Shown here: one piece after another, positions 1-13,700 of the stretch
Layout: each line of letters begins with the position of its first letter
How positions within the stretch are numbered: position 1 is the stretch's first letter
NCBI GenBank assembly: GCA_001029775.1
Contig: CP011215.1
Span: forward strand, 426,303 to 490,302
Source: Candidatus Campbellbacteria bacterium GW2011_OD1_34_28
GTDB taxonomy: Bacteria; Patescibacteriota; Minisyncoccia; Phycocordibacterales; UBA12079
Direction: 5' to 3'
DNA: 64,000 nt
Notes under the pieces: generated by a model
Databases searched by the model: none
What the model saw: the letters and a program-made list of their open reading frames with translations, nothing else
What the model was told of the DNA's origin: nothing
Program-made: the position numbers and the translations under genes

Positions 1-1
1 T

Positions 2-1456
2 CACGATATGTGGAAATCAGGAGCGAGAGGTTCTCTTGGAAACTTGACTCAGATGGTTGGAATGAAAGGTCTTATTCAAAATACTTTGGGAGAGACAATT
101 GAATTTCCAATTATTTCTTCTTCAAAAGAAGGATTAACTCCGATTGAATATTTCATTACGACTCACGGATCTAGAAAAGGTTTGGCCGACACCGCTTTGA
201 ATACCGCGAAAGCAGGATATCTTACGAGAAGATTGTTTGATGTGGCACAGGATATTGTTATCAACATGGAAGACTGTGGCACAAAAGATGCTATTTTAAT
301 CAAAAAAGCCAACTCGGTTGGATTTGATGTTCCTCTTGAAAAGAGTGTTAAGGGTAGATATTTGGCAAAGGAAGCAAAAGACAAAGACGGAAATGTTTTG
401 TTTAAGAAAGATCATTTTGTTACTAGAGACGATGCAAGAGCAATGGAAAATGCAGGAGTACAAGAAGTGATAGTACGCTCTCCGATGTCTTGTCAGTCTG
501 CAAGAGGTATTTGTCAAAAATGTTACGGATTGGATTTGGGAAGCAACGAATTGGTAAATCTTGGAGAAGCAGTGGGAACAATCGCTGCCCAAGCTATTGG
601 TGAACCAGGAACTCAGTTGACGATGAGAACCTTCCACGCCGGAGGTACAGCGTCTGTTGGTGGAGATATTACTCAGGGTCTTCCCCGTATTGAGGAAATT
701 TTTGAAAGAAGAATTCCAAAGATACCTGCTGTTATCAGCAAAGTAGAAGGTACTGTTATCGAGATTATTGACACTGGTACTGAAAGAGAAATTGTTATTT
801 TGCCAGATGAAGAAGACAAGACAAAAGTAAAGAAAGATAAAAACAATTTGCACCAAGTTCCTTTCAAGAGAATGATTATCGTCAAGGTTGGCGATCATGT
901 TAAGAAAGGAGATTTGCTAACAGACGGTTCTGCTGATATTGCCGAGATGTTTAAATATGCAGGCAAGACAAAAACTCAAGATTATATTATTGATGAGGCT
1001 ACAAAAATCTACGAATTGCAAGGAGCTTCTATTTCAAGAAAACATATTGAAGTTATTATTAAACAAATGTTTTCAAGAAGAAGAGTAAAGAGTTCGGGCG
1101 ATACAAGTTTGACCGAAGGTACTGTTGTCGAAGATTATATGTTGGAAAATGAAAACAAGAGAGTGTCAGCAAAAGGAAAAGAAGAAGCAAAAGCAATACC
1201 TTTGATCTTTGGAATTACAGAAGTAGCGTTGACCAGAGAGAGTTTCCTTTCAGCAGTATCTTTCCAAAATACAACAAAAATGCTTATCAATGCATCATTG
1301 AGAGGTGCAGAAGATAATTTGTTGGGATTGAAAGAAAATATTATTGTTGGAAACTTGATTCCAGCAGGAACAGGGTATGAAGGCAGTCCAAAGAAAGCAA
1401 TGATAGATGAACTACAAGCTGGATTGGCAGATAAAACTGAGAGTTGGGAGGAATAA
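2..1456 (+). CDS. rpoC: DNA-directed RNA polymerase subunit beta' (C-terminal part, 5' end outside window)
   Basis: ORF 8..1456 continues in frame to window start; translation shows characteristic beta' C-terminal motifs (GLIQNTLGETIEF, AQAIGEPGTQLTMRTFH, IPAGTGY). Confidence 0.93.
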   Translation, partial: HDMWKSGARGSLGNLTQMVGMKGLIQNTLGETIEFPIISSSKEGLTPIEYFITTHGSRKGLADTALNTAKAGYLTRRLFDVAQDIVINMEDCGTKDAILIKKANSVGFDVPLEKSVKGRYLAKEAKDKDGNVLFKKDHFVTRDDARAMENAGVQEVIVRSPMSCQSARGICQKCYGLDLGSNELVNLGEAVGTIAAQAIGEPGTQLTMRTFHAGGTASVGGDITQGLPRIEEIFERRIPKIPAVISKVEGTVIEIIDTGTEREIVILPDEEDKTKVKKDKNNLHQVPFKRMIIVKVGDHVKKGDLLTDGSADIAEMFKYAGKTKTQDYIIDEATKIYELQGASISRKHIEVIIKQMFSRRRVKSSGDTSLTEGTVVEDYMLENENKRVSAKGKEEAKAIPLIFGITEVALTRESFLSAVSFQNTTKMLINASLRGAEDNLLGLKENIIVGNLIPAGTGYEGSPKKAMIDELQAGLADKTESWEE

Positions 1457-1570
1457 TAAAAAAGAATTTTCAATTTTCAATTTAAAATTTTTTGAATTTA
1501 AAAATTAATTTATTAAAAATTGTTTAAAAATTAAAAATTTATAAATTAAAAATTTGCAATAATTCTTATT

Positions 1571-3262
1571 ATGTCAAACAATGTTGAAAAAATTAAAGAT
1601 CGTTTGAATATTGTTGACGTTGTTGGTAGTTATTTAAAGTTGGAAAGGGCGGGAGCAAATTTGAAAGCTCCTTGTCCGTTCCACAATGAAAAAACACCGT
1701 CGTTCTTTGTTTCTCCAGATAGAGGAACATACAAATGTTTTGGTTGTGGAGAAGGCGGAGACATCTTTAGCTTTGTAGAAAAATTTGAGGGAGTAGATTT
1801 TCCTCAAGCAATGAGAATACTGGCAGATAAAGCTGGAGTTGTTCTAGAAAAAGAAGATCCAAAATTAAAAAGTGACAGAGACCGACTGTACAAGGTAATG
1901 GAAGAAGCAACACTTTTTTTTGGGGAAAATTTAAAATCACACAAAGGACCGAGAGATTATCTAGAAAAGAGAGGATTAACACAAGAAACGGTTGATAAAT
2001 TCAGAATCGGTTTTGTAAAAGACGAGTGGAGAAATTTGTATGATTTTTTGAAAACAAAAAATTACAGTGATGAAGAAATTGAGAAAGTTGGACTGATTAA
2101 AAAAACAGATAGCGGTTTTTATGACAGGTTTAGAAATAGAATAATTTTTCCAATTTTTGATAGTTCGGATAGGGTAGTAGCCTTTTCAGGAAGACTCTAC
2201 GAAGATGATGGAAAATCGGCAAAGTATTTAAATAGTCCTGAAACAGTTCTTTTTAATAAATCAAAAATATTGTATGGATACAATTTTGCCAAAAAAGATA
2301 TTCGCGTACGAGGATTTTCAATTTTGGTTGAAGGTCAAATGGACCTTGTGATGTCGCATCAAGCAGGTTTCAGTAATACTGTTGCTACATCGGGAACAGC
2401 CCTAACAGGCGAGCATTTGTCTCTTTTGAAAAGATTGTCAGACAAATTGGTTCTGGCATTTGACGGTGACGAGGCTGGTTTGTCCGCTGCCAACAAAGGA
2501 GCAAAGCTTGCTTTGGGATTAGGAATGGAAGTCAAGCTTGTGGAAATATCGGATAACTTGGATCCTGCAGATGTTATACTGAAAGACAAAAGTGTTTGGA
2601 GCAAGTCTTTGCAGAATACGGTACATATAATAGATTTCAATTTAAATTCTTTATTAAAAAAAGGTTTTGATAAAAGAAGATTGGGATTGGAAATAAAAAG
2701 CAAAGTGCTTTTGTTGGTAAATGAATTGAAAAGTAATATTGAACAAGATTATTTTATAAATTCAATTTCTGGTTCGTCAGGAATCCCGCAAGACATTCTT
2801 TGGAAAGATTTAAAAAATATTGATAGTGGTGAAACGGCAAGAGAGTCCAAAGAAATTATTTATGATGAGAAAAAAACTACCGCAACAGCTAGAAAAGAAA
2901 CACTTCGTGAAATATCAGGAATCCTACATTGGCAAAAAGGTTTGAGTGAACCTATGATAAATATTCAAAAATGGGAAGAAAAATTGTTGGATGTTGTCGG
3001 GGAAGAGCTGTTCAACAAGATTCAAAATTTATCAGAAAATGTAAAGAATGAAATTGTTTTTGAGGCAGAAAATAAACATATAGATGAAAATAATTTAAAA
3101 AATAGAATGGAAGGAGCGTTTGAAAAATTGGAGAAAGATATTTTGTTGGATAGAAGAAAGCAAATTCAAGAAGAAATTTCAAAAGAAACAGACGAAAACG
3201 AGAAAATAAAATTGTTCAATGAGATGCTTGAATTATCAAAAAAAATAGATTCAAAAAAATAA
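1571..3262 (+). CDS. dnaG: DNA primase DnaG (CHC2 zinc finger [13 protein letters not shown]...CFGCG, TOPRIM core)
   Basis: N-terminal CHC2 zinc-binding motif and TOPRIM signature ([20 protein letters not shown]); lies 5 bp upstream of rpoD as in the classic macromolecular-synthesis operon. Confidence 0.92.
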   Translation: MSNNVEKIKDRLNIVDVVGSYLKLERAGANLKAPCPFHNEKTPSFFVSPDRGTYKCFGCGEGGDIFSFVEKFEGVDFPQAMRILADKAGVVLEKEDPKLKSDRDRLYKVMEEATLFFGENLKSHKGPRDYLEKRGLTQETVDKFRIGFVKDEWRNLYDFLKTKNYSDEEIEKVGLIKKTDSGFYDRFRNRIIFPIFDSSDRVVAFSGRLYEDDGKSAKYLNSPETVLFNKSKILYGYNFAKKDIRVRGFSILVEGQMDLVMSHQAGFSNTVATSGTALTGEHLSLLKRLSDKLVLAFDGDEAGLSAANKGAKLALGLGMEVKLVEISDNLDPADVILKDKSVWSKSLQNTVHIIDFNLNSLLKKGFDKRRLGLEIKSKVLLLVNELKSNIEQDYFINSISGSSGIPQDILWKDLKNIDSGETARESKEIIYDEKKTTATARKETLREISGILHWQKGLSEPMINIQKWEEKLLDVVGEELFNKIQNLSENVKNEIVFEAENKHIDENNLKNRMEGAFEKLEKDILLDRRKQIQEEISKETDENEKIKLFNEMLELSKKIDSKK

Positions 3263-3267
3263 TAAAA

Positions 3268-4554
3268 ATGTTTATGGTAAAAAAAACCAAAACAAAAAAG
3301 AATAAGGTGAGAGCTGTCGTTAAAAAGACTTCAGTAAAAAAGACACCAGCCAAGAAAAAAGCGATAAAAAAAATCGTGAAAAAAACGCCTGTCAAAAAGA
3401 GTGTCGTTAAAAAAAGTGCCAAAAAAGTTGTTGCGAAAAAGCCAGTGAAAAAGGTTGTAAAAGCTGTTGTAAAAACAAGGCCCAAAAAAGTCCCTAAAAG
3501 TGATAAGGATAAAAAGCTAGAAAAACTTGTTGCACTGGGTAGAGAAAGAGGTTTTATTACTCACGATGGTATCTTGAAAGAATTTCCTAACATTGAGACC
3601 GATGTAGATTTTTTGGAAGACCTTTACACAAAATTTGAAGAAGCCAATATTGATGTCGTGGATAGCGGTGGTATTTTGGGGCTGGATGATCACGACGATT
3701 TGATTAAAAAATCAACAGGAAAATATGACTCAATTCAGATTTATTTGAAAGAAATCGGAAAATACAAATTGTTGTCCGCTGCCGAAGAAAGAGATCTTGC
3801 TCAGAGAATTGAAGCAGGAGAAGAAGAAGCAAAATCTTTGTTGGCGAGAGCAAATTTGAGATTGGTTGTTTCTATTGCTAAAAAATATATTGGTAGAAGT
3901 CCAAACCTCACCCTTCTAGATCTTATTCAAGAGGGAAATCTGGGATTGTTCAAAGCGGTAGACAAATTTGATTGGAATAAGGGATTCAAGTTTTCTACTT
4001 ATGCTACTTGGTGGATTAGACAAGCAATCACCAGAGCGCTAGCTGATCAATCTAGAACAATCAGAATCCCTGTCCACATGGTGGAAACAATTGCAAAATA
4101 TAAACAAATTATGAGAAAACTTTCTCAAGATTTGGGCAGAATGCCTTCTCCAGAAGAAATGGCAGAAGAGATGGATTTGGAGTTGGAAAAAATTTATAAC
4201 ATTCAACAAATAGACCAAGCGACAATTTCTTTGGAAAATCCAGTAGGAGATGATTCTGACAGTAGCAAATCTACACTGGGCGATTTTATTCCAGATGACA
4301 AAATTTTGATGCCTGATCAAAATTCTTCTCGTAGAATTTTGTCAGATCAAGTAAAAGAGATTTTGGAAGAGCTTTCTCCAAAAGAAAGAAAAATTCTTGA
4401 AATGCGACATGGGCTTCTTGACGGTATTACACATACATTAGAAGAAGTGGGAAAAGAATTTGGAGTAACCAGAGAGAGAATTAGACAGATTGAGGCGAAA
4501 GCACATGAAAAGATTAGACAGAGTGACAAGGTAGACAGACTACGAAACTATTAA
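3268..4554 (+). CDS. rpoD: RNA polymerase sigma-70 factor RpoD with lysine-rich histone-H1-like N-terminal tail replacing region 1.1
   Basis: Regions 1.2-4 recognisable ([55 protein letters not shown]); N-terminal 75 aa are AKKxVKK repeats. Confidence 0.93.
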   Translation: MFMVKKTKTKKNKVRAVVKKTSVKKTPAKKKAIKKIVKKTPVKKSVVKKSAKKVVAKKPVKKVVKAVVKTRPKKVPKSDKDKKLEKLVALGRERGFITHDGILKEFPNIETDVDFLEDLYTKFEEANIDVVDSGGILGLDDHDDLIKKSTGKYDSIQIYLKEIGKYKLLSAAEERDLAQRIEAGEEEAKSLLARANLRLVVSIAKKYIGRSPNLTLLDLIQEGNLGLFKAVDKFDWNKGFKFSTYATWWIRQAITRALADQSRTIRIPVHMVETIAKYKQIMRKLSQDLGRMPSPEEMAEEMDLELEKIYNIQQIDQATISLENPVGDDSDSSKSTLGDFIPDDKILMPDQNSSRRILSDQVKEILEELSPKERKILEMRHGLLDGITHTLEEVGKEFGVTRERIRQIEAKAHEKIRQSDKVDRLRNY

Positions 4555-4559
4555 AAAAA

Positions 4560-4586
4560 TAGAGCCTAACGGCTCTATTTTTTTAA
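4560..4586 (+). terminator. Rho-independent terminator after rpoD
   Basis: ATAGAGCC TAAC GGCTCTAT followed by TTTTTTT. Confidence 0.75.
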
Positions 4587-4721
4587 TAGTTTATGGTGAT
4601 AAGTAGTAAGTAATAAGGACGAAGCTATCAGCTATAAGCTTCAATTTCTTTATCAACACTTACGCACCCTTTTTTGTTTAAATTAGCCTTAATTATTGGT
4701 ATAATTTGAACAAAGATAAAT

Positions 4722-7700
4722 ATGCAAAGTGAGATATTTTTAAATGGCAAAAGGTATCTTTCAACAAAAAAAGCGACAAAAATCACAGAATTGGATGAAG
4801 AACATATTAAAGACCTATGCCGTGAAGAAAAGATAGATTTTACAAAGGTAGAAGGGGAATATTTTGTTGAATTAGAAAAACTTTTTGAATATAAAAACAA
4901 AACAAACAAGCCGATGATTTTGCCTATAAGAGCATTATCAACGGCTGTTTTGGCAATTCTCTTGATCGGAGCAGGTTACTTTTCAGGAGACATATTAAAC
5001 CAACTCAACAAAACAGGGGAGGCTGTTTTTTCTGCGGTAAAAAACACAAAAGAAATAACATACAAAGTTGGTGCAGAAAAAAGAGATTTGTTCAAAACAC
5101 AAATTCTTGATAGCAATGACAATTCTCCCATCAAAGAAATAAAAGACAGTAAAAATGTAAAAACAGTAGATACATACACACAAGACTTTTTAGATTATTT
5201 AGATGGATTAAAAAACAGAATTGTTTCCGTAACAGCTGATAGCTTACAGCTGATAGCTGATAGCACAAACGAAGATGAAGTTGAAAAAACAGTCGATAGT
5301 CGTCAGTCTATAGTCGATAGCACGGACGGCGTAAACATACTTGCAGGACAAGTAGATCACCTCACTTCGTTCGCGAAGACGGGTGTAAACAATTTAGCAT
5401 TGGTAGTCTACGAAACAGCAAGTCCTGTGGAACAGTTTGCAGTAGGTTGGTATAAGTTTGTTAATAATTTGTTTAGTAACGAAGCTGATAGCTTACAGCC
5501 AACAGCTGATAGCGTTGACGAAGCTGACAGCGGACAGCTAACAACCAACAGCGCGAACGAAGACGACTCGTCCGTCTTTGCGAGCGATAGCGAAGCGGAC
5601 AGAGATGAGATCTCGGAAAATGTTCCTTCAGTTCCCGCAACCCCAAAGACCACCACCATCGTTACAAACCCAATCAGAGAAATAATAAAAGAAACCGTTG
5701 TAGAAAGAGTAATCCAAACATCAGGCGTCACACTGGAAGATTTTCAAAAACTAAACAATGAATTAAGAAGTGAAATCTACAAATTATCTTCTGCTACTAA
5801 TTCTCAAATCACCAATACATATCAAGTAATCTCTGCCACCAACAACATCGACAATCTGGGTAGTGTCACAATCACCGACTCAAACATCAGTTCCTCAAAT
5901 GTCTCAGGAACAGAACTAAGCTTTACCAACGGAACAATTCAAAACCTAACTGTCACAGGCACAGCTACCTCTACATACGGTGGCCCTATTTCTGCAACCA
6001 GTGGAACATACTCTGGCAATCTAACTGTCACAGGCAACACCACCCTAAACACTCTTACCGTATCAGGAGACACAATCTTTGACACAGACACTCTTTACAT
6101 CGATTCAATCAACAACCGTGTAGGCATCGGATCAACAACACCTTCAGATACTCTTTCAGTAAACGGAGCAACATACCTTGCACCAATATCAGCTCCATCA
6201 ATTACCACAGACAGACTTTACAATATCTCCAATGATTTATACTGGGGTGGTAATCTTTTAGCAGGTTCAGCCGTTGGTAATTGGACATCCAACGGAACAG
6301 ATGTTTGGAGAGCAAGTGGAAATGTTGGGATTGGGACGACTTCACCTAGTTACAAATTATCCGTTGATGGTTTTGTTGATGCAAGCGGAACAACCGGAGG
6401 TTACAAAATAGATGGTAACACTATTTTGCAGGCAAGCTCAACAAATTATACTACTTTAGTTGGCCAAGGTGCTGGAAGTTCTTTAACAAGTGCTATTAGA
6501 ACTACAGCTATTGGATATGGGGCTTTGGCTAGCACAACTTCTGGTAATAATAATACCGCGGTTGGATATAACGCATTAAATCTTAATTCGACAGGAATAC
6601 TTAACACTGCCATCGGCTCTTTAGCTTTGTCCGTTAATACTACAGGTGACAGAAATACAGCCACAGGTGCCTTGGCTTTGTATTCAAACACAACAGGTTC
6701 ATATAACACAGGAACCGGCGCTTATTCTCTTAATCTAAATACCACAGGAGCAAATAATTCCGCTCACGGACGATCAGCTATGTATTCAAATACAACAGGA
6801 ACATATAACACAGCAGATGGTATGCAGGCACTTTTTAGCAATACTACGGGAAATAATAATACTGCTAGCGGTTACAGCTCTGCTTACTCAAATTCTACAG
6901 GTGGAAGCAATGTGACTATTGGATACGGTGCCTCTTATCGCAACTCAACAGGAAGTTACAACACGGCGATTGGTCAGGACGCAGGTTTTGGTGTTGCGGG
7001 AAATTCTTATTCAAACAATTCATTTTTTGGATACCGATCTGGTTATGGAATAACAGTAGGAAGTAATAATTTATTATTGGGATATCAGGCTGGTGACAAC
7101 GTTACAACAGGATCAAATAATCTTGTAATTGGTTATGATATCGACGCCCCTTCAGCCACCGCTTCAAATCAACTAAATATAGGAAACTTAATTTACGGAA
7201 CAAATATAAACGGAACAGGGACAACTTTGTCGTCAGGAAACATCGGCATCGGCACCACTTCACCTTTTGCAAAACTTTCCGTCAAAGGAGCAGGAACAAC
7301 AACAGGCATAAACTTCCAAACAACCAATTCAGCTGACACTCCGTTGGTGACTGTTTTGGATAGTGGAAATGTGGGCATTGGGACAAGTAATCCATCGACA
7401 GATTTACATGTCGGCAATAGTAACATTAACAATAGTGTAGATTCTGTAATCCTTGTTTCTAGGTTGGTAGATAATAGTGGTGTTGGTTCTGGAGTTAATG
7501 GGCACGCTTTTTCTGATAGCTCGACGATAACCAGAAGTGGCTCTATAGGATATAATTCTTTTGATGGCAGGACAATCTTTTCAGGATCAAATGATTATAA
7601 TCATTACGCTGTTTTTCAAAACGGAACAACCTATAGTTCGTCTGGAACAATGGGAATTATGTACGGATTTGTTAATGTGCCAACGGTTACAGCAGGAACA

Positions 7701-10700
7701 GTAACCAGTATGTATGGTGTTTATACCGCTGATCCAGTAGGAGCAGGCACAGTAACTAATAATTATGGTTTGTTTGTCCCTCAATTAAGCAAAGGAGCAA
7801 CAAAAAATTATGCTATATATACAGCAGGGACCACACGATCTTATTTTGGTGGAATAATAAATAATAGTGCAGGAATCTTGATAGCACCAAACGATGCTAC
7901 AACAAATCCAGCAAAATTATTTGAAATTCAAACAACATCTGGGACAGAAGCGTCTTTAAGAATAAGACAGCTTTCACAAAATTATTGGGATCTTAAATCT
8001 CCAGCAGGGTCAACTCGTTTTGACATATCAGATGTTTCTGGCACATATTTTTCTATATTGAATGGGGGAAACACCGGTTTGGGAATAACAACACCAACAG
8101 GAAAGTTAGAGATTGCTCAAGCTGGGTCAGATACTATAGCAAGTAGAAACCATTTAATATTCGGAGGATCGGAGGGTACGGATTATTTTGGCATGGGTTT
8201 AGATGCTACTGGTGATTTGATGATTGATAATTTAAATGGAACCGATACTAATGTAATGTCGTTATTGAGTTCTGGCAACGTCGGGATTGGGACGGTTAGT
8301 CCGGGGGCGAAGTTGGATGTTGCAACTGCAATAAATACTGGCAGTTTAACATTAGGAGTTGTCCCCTATACCGGTACTGACAGATATGTTGTTTTGAATA
8401 GTAATGGAATTGCTCTAAAGAACAGTATTACATATGGATGGGGGTCTGGATCAACAGATGCTGGAGGAACAAAGGATACTCAATTTTCACGTCTTTCAGC
8501 TGGAAAGATAAGTGTTGATACTGGCACAGTTGGCAATTCTTTAGGTACTCTTATCGCTGGCAACGTCGGCATCGGAACGACGAGTCCGGCTGCGGCTTTG
8601 GAAGTTCAGGGTAATGTTATCTTTAACGACCGCCTGACAATGAATGGTGATTCGGTTGGTTTATCTGCTAATAACTCAAACTACAATACTATTAAAAGTT
8701 TGTTCAGACCTACTTCAAATGGATTAAATTTAACAGGGGCTTTGGTAGATGCAAATTTTGATAACAACTCAGCAAACCTTACAAATGCCTATGGGTTAAG
8801 GATAACAAACGCCATTTCAGGAACTTATACAACAACAAACGCATATGGGCTTTATGTTGAGCAGCCGACAGGGGCAACGAATAATTATGGGGCATATATA
8901 AACGGCAATGTCGGCATTGGTACCACAACACCTTTCAGAAAGTTGAGTGTAGAAGGTAGTGTGTGGATCAGTGGTGATTTAACCGCTAACTCAATTACTG
9001 CCACAAGTTCAATTTCTGCTCCTTACTTTACAGCGACAGACACCACAGCAACTTCTACTTTTGCTGGTGGTTTAACCGTGGGAACAAATAAATTGGTGGT
9101 GGATAGGAGTACGGGAAATGTCGGCATCGGGACGACAGCATCGGACAGGGCGTTACATATTTCTACTAACTCTACAAACTATCAATTAAGACTTGAACGA
9201 ACTGGGACAACAGCTGGTGCTTCTACCTTATATGCAAACTCATCTTTTGCGCTTGGAATTACGGCAGGTAGCGGAACTGGTACAGGAGTATTTACTCTTG
9301 GACAAACGGGCGGTCTTTCTTTGGGAACATATTATGGAACAAACCCCGGAGCGGGAAGCCTAATACTTCCCGGCAACGTCGGGATTGGAACAACCACACC
9401 ATTTAGAAAGTTGAGTGTAGAAGGTGGTGCGTGGATATCTGGTGATTTAACCGTATCAAATATAACAGCCACATCATCTGTCTATTTATCAAACACCACA
9501 TATGCCGACCAGTCAGGTATTATCTACAAAGGAGCCAATTCTTTTATCCACAATTTCAATTATGGGAACAATGGAACAGTGACGACATTGGGACAAAATA
9601 CTTTTGTCGGAGAATTGGCCGGAAACTTTACAATGGGAAGCACGGCAACAGAGACTTACCATGCAAGTAGAAATACAGCAATAGGTTATCAATCCTTACT
9701 CGCCAACACAACAGGATATTATAACACTGCTAATGGTTATCAAACTTTGCGATTAAACACCACAGGAGGCTACAATACCGCTAATGGTTTGCAATCTTTA
9801 TATTCCAACACCACGGGCAATTACAATACTACTAATGGTGCAAATTCTCTCTATCTTAACACCACAGGCTCTTCTAATGTTGCCGACGGCCATTCTGCTG
9901 GTACTTACATCACCGACGGCGTAACAGCCAACACCACGGGAGACTACAATATCTTTATCGGACGAGACACTAAAGCCCTTGCCGACAACGACCAAAATGA
10001 AATCGTTATCGGCTACAACGCCACAGGGGTAGGAAGCAACTCGGTTGTTTTGGGGAATGATAGTATCACAAAAACGATTTTGAAGGGGAATGTCGGCATC
10101 GGCACCACCTCACCTTTTGCAAAACTTTCAGTAACAGGAGCTGGAACAGGCACTGGCTTGGCTTTTCAAGTTGCAAACTCTGCCAATTCTCCAAAATTTA
10201 CTGTTTTGGATAGTGGAAATGTGGGCATTGGGACGATGGGTCCGGAAGGATTATTGCATATCCATTCTACTAGCGCAGGGGATGTTGTTGCACACGCTTC
10301 TTATAATGATTTTGTGATTGAGGGAGGATCAACTGTAGGTATGAATATTCTTTCCGCGGACGTGGGCCTTTCAGGTCTTGGATTTGGCACGCCGTCAGAT
10401 AATTTAGGTAGCTATCTTCAGTGGGATTTTACGAATAATTTAATGTCCGTTGGAACCGCAAGAACAGGCGGAAATCTTAGATTAGTTACTGGAAATAATG
10501 TGGAGCAGATACGAATACAATCAAACGGCAACGTCGGCATCGGAACAACCACACCTTCCGCAAATTTGGATATTTACTCTAACGTAGACTCTAATTCTCG
10601 ACTGAACATTGATTTGGGGGCTGCTTCTTCGAACATTGGTATTAATCTTATATCGTCATCTATCTCCAGCGGTTCATATTGGATAAAAACAACAGGAAAC

Positions 10701-13700
10701 GATAATGAAGATAGTTTTGTTGTTAGAGGAGATGGGGCTGTCGGAATCGGAACAACAACTCCTTCTGCAAAACTCGATATCTATCAAGGTAATTTGAATT
10801 TGGACAACACCACTTTCGCCAACCAATTTGGAGTGATTTCCAAGGGCGGAACAAGGTTTATCCATAATTTCAACTACGGAAACAACGGAACGGTGACGAC
10901 AGTAGGATACAATACTTTCATTGGAGAAAACGCGGGAAACTTGACGATGGGAAGTACGGCGACTTCGGCTAGTCATGCAAGCTACAATACAGGAGTGGGC
11001 TATCAGTCCTTGCAGGCAAACACCACAGGCTATTTCAACACCGCTATTGGTAATCAATCTTTATTATTAAATACCACAGGTTATCACAACACCGCTATTG
11101 GTAATCAATCTTTGCGTGGTAATACCACAGGTAGTTCTAATACCGCTAATGGTTATCAGTCTTTATATTCCAATACAACAGGAGGATTTAATGCTGCCAT
11201 TGGTTATCAATCTTTACGTTCCAACACAACAGGTGGCTATAATATCGCTTTTGGTTATAACGCTGGTCGCTATATTACAGACGGCGTAACAGAAAACACC
11301 ACAGGAGACTACAATATCTTTATCGGACAAGATACCAAAGCCCTTGCCGACGACGACCAAAACGAAATCGTCATCGGCTACAATGCCACAGGGGTAGGAA
11401 GCAACTCGGTTGTTTTGGGTGCCGATACAATCACAAAAACAATTTTGAAGGGGAATGTTGGCATCGGCACCACCTCACCTTTTGCAAAATTATCAGTAAC
11501 AGGAACCGGAACAGGAACTGGCTTGGCTTTTCAAGTTGCCGATTCTGCCAACTCACCAAAATTCACTGTTTTGGATAATGGAAATGTCGGCATTGGGACG
11601 ACGGCGCCAAGCCAGATTTTACATACTTTCAGAAATGATTCAAATACTACAAATAGTATTGAAATTGAGCAAGATGGCTCGGGAGATTCTTCATTAAGAT
11701 TTTTATTAACAGGAGTTACTGGATGGACAATGGGTGTAGATAATTCTGATTCAGATAAATTTAAGATAGGAAATGCACAGTCATTTTCTACAAGTTTTTT
11801 AAACATAGATGGCGCTGGCAACGTCGGTATAGGAACGGCAAATCCAGGGGCGGAACTTGAGATACAAGCAGACGCAAATACAGGCGGAGCTCCTCAATAT
11901 TCACAATTTTGGATTTCTGGAAAGACAGTTAATACAAAACGATTTTATATTGGTATGGATACGAGCACAAATAAAGGTATTCTTTCCGCAGAAACTGGTG
12001 CTGGGGTTTATGCACCTATTGTTATAAATCCATATGGTGGCAATGTTGGCATCGGCACCACAACACCAGGGGCGAAGTTAGATATTAATGGAAATATGAG
12101 AACCTCCATTGGTTCAGGTGGATTTTTGACATTACATGAGACTGATGCTACAAGACAAAATCAGTTGAGTCTGGGAGCTGACGCAAGCGGTGCGTATTTA
12201 GCTTCAACTTATGCGACTGGAGGAGTTGCAGATATTCGTTTTAGTTTAGCAGGTACAGAAAGGGTGCGCATTCAACAGGGTGGTAACGTCGGCATCGGCA
12301 CCACCTCACCTTTTGCAAAATTATCCGTCAAAGGAGCAGGAACAACCACAGGTGTAAACTTCCAAACAACCAATTCGGCTGACACTCCGTTGGTGACTGT
12401 TTTGGATAGTGGGAAGGTGGGTATTGGGACGACGAATCCTGGTACATTATTACAATTAAATATTGATGGTATAGCTAATACACCAAAGGAAGTATTAAGA
12501 GTGTTTAATGGGCTTGCTTATGGTGTTGGTAATGGTTATGGTGAGGCCCAAATAGGCATCGGACACGCTGTATCGGGTGGATATGTCGGTGGTGGAGCTA
12601 CTTCTGAAACTTCAAGTACTAATGGATATCTATCTTTAGGAAATAGGGTATCTAATGTAATGACAGAAGTAGTTAGAATTACTGATGGCAACGTCGGCAT
12701 CGGGACGACGAGTCCGGGAGCAAAGTTAGTTGTAGTGGGAAATGGTACCGCAAGCGTGGCTATAGGGGGTGGAGCATATACAGACTATTCATCTATATCC
12801 TTGAATGGGAGCCTTGCTTCTGGTCAATACAATCTTTTAAGTGGTTATGCTGACAAGACGCTCTATATTAATCGTCCAGCCGGTGCAGATATTTTATTTA
12901 GGGAAAATAATGGTACTGCACAGATGGTCATAAAACAGACAACCGGCAATATCGGCATCGGCACCACATCACCTTTTGCAAAACTATCCATCAAAGGAGC
13001 AGGAACAACCACAGGTGTAAACTTCCAAACAACCAATTCGGCTGATACTCCGCTGGTGACTGTTTTGGATAGTGGGAATGTCGGTATTGGGACGGTGAGT
13101 CCAGGGGCAATGTTGACTATTGTAGGCACTCCTGCTGGAGGTTCCACGAATGTTGGGTTAAATATATATGACAACACGGGGAATGGTGTCGGAATATGGA
13201 CATCAAACGCAGTTGGAAAAATTGGAACACCGAATGCTGTTGATGTTGCATTTATGGCAAACAATAGTGAGAAAATGAGGATATTACAATCGAACGGCAA
13301 CGTCGGCATCGGGACGACGAGTCCAGGAAGTTTGTTGCATTTATATCAAAATACAGTAGGAGTTGGGACTGGTAATGGATTAATGATTGAACAGGATGGA
13401 GCAGGCGACGCTTTAATGCAGTTTTTATTAACGGGGACAGCTAGATGGCAAATGGGCGTTGATAATAGCGATTCTAGAACATTCAAAATTGGAGTTGGTA
13501 GCGATTGGGCAACAAATATTGGCTTGGCAATTACAACTACAGGCAACGTCGGCATCGGCTCAACCGCTCCAAACTACAAACTAACCGTAAACGGAACAGT
13601 AGCTTTCCAAAGTCTTGCTAACAACGGCACTGGCTATTATGTCTGTGCCAACGCTGGAACAGGAGAACTAGCCACATCAACAACAGCCTGCGGAGCATCA

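Noticed and set aside
1457-1570. AT-rich dyad-symmetric spacer between rpoC and dnaG as another MITE copy
   Set aside because: It contains TTAAAAATT-type repeats and partial dyad symmetry. It lacks the ATTCCAAAATT termini and the internal TTCGTCG/CTCGTTC blocks, and is indistinguishable from generic AT-rich spacer.
3216-3485. Minus-strand 89-aa poly-Phe ORF over the rpoD 5' region
   Set aside because: It is the antisense of the AAG/AAA lysine-repeat coding region. Its composition is an artefact of reading poly-purine codons backwards.
5800-13600. The ~24 evenly spaced near-identical GGCAACGTCGGCATCGGCACCAC... DNA repeats as a possible CRISPR array or assembly artefact
   Set aside because: They lie in frame inside one long ORF and encode the GNVGIGTTSP module. 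Spacing is irregular (300-450 bp) and the intervening sequence is homologous repeat protein, not unique spacers.
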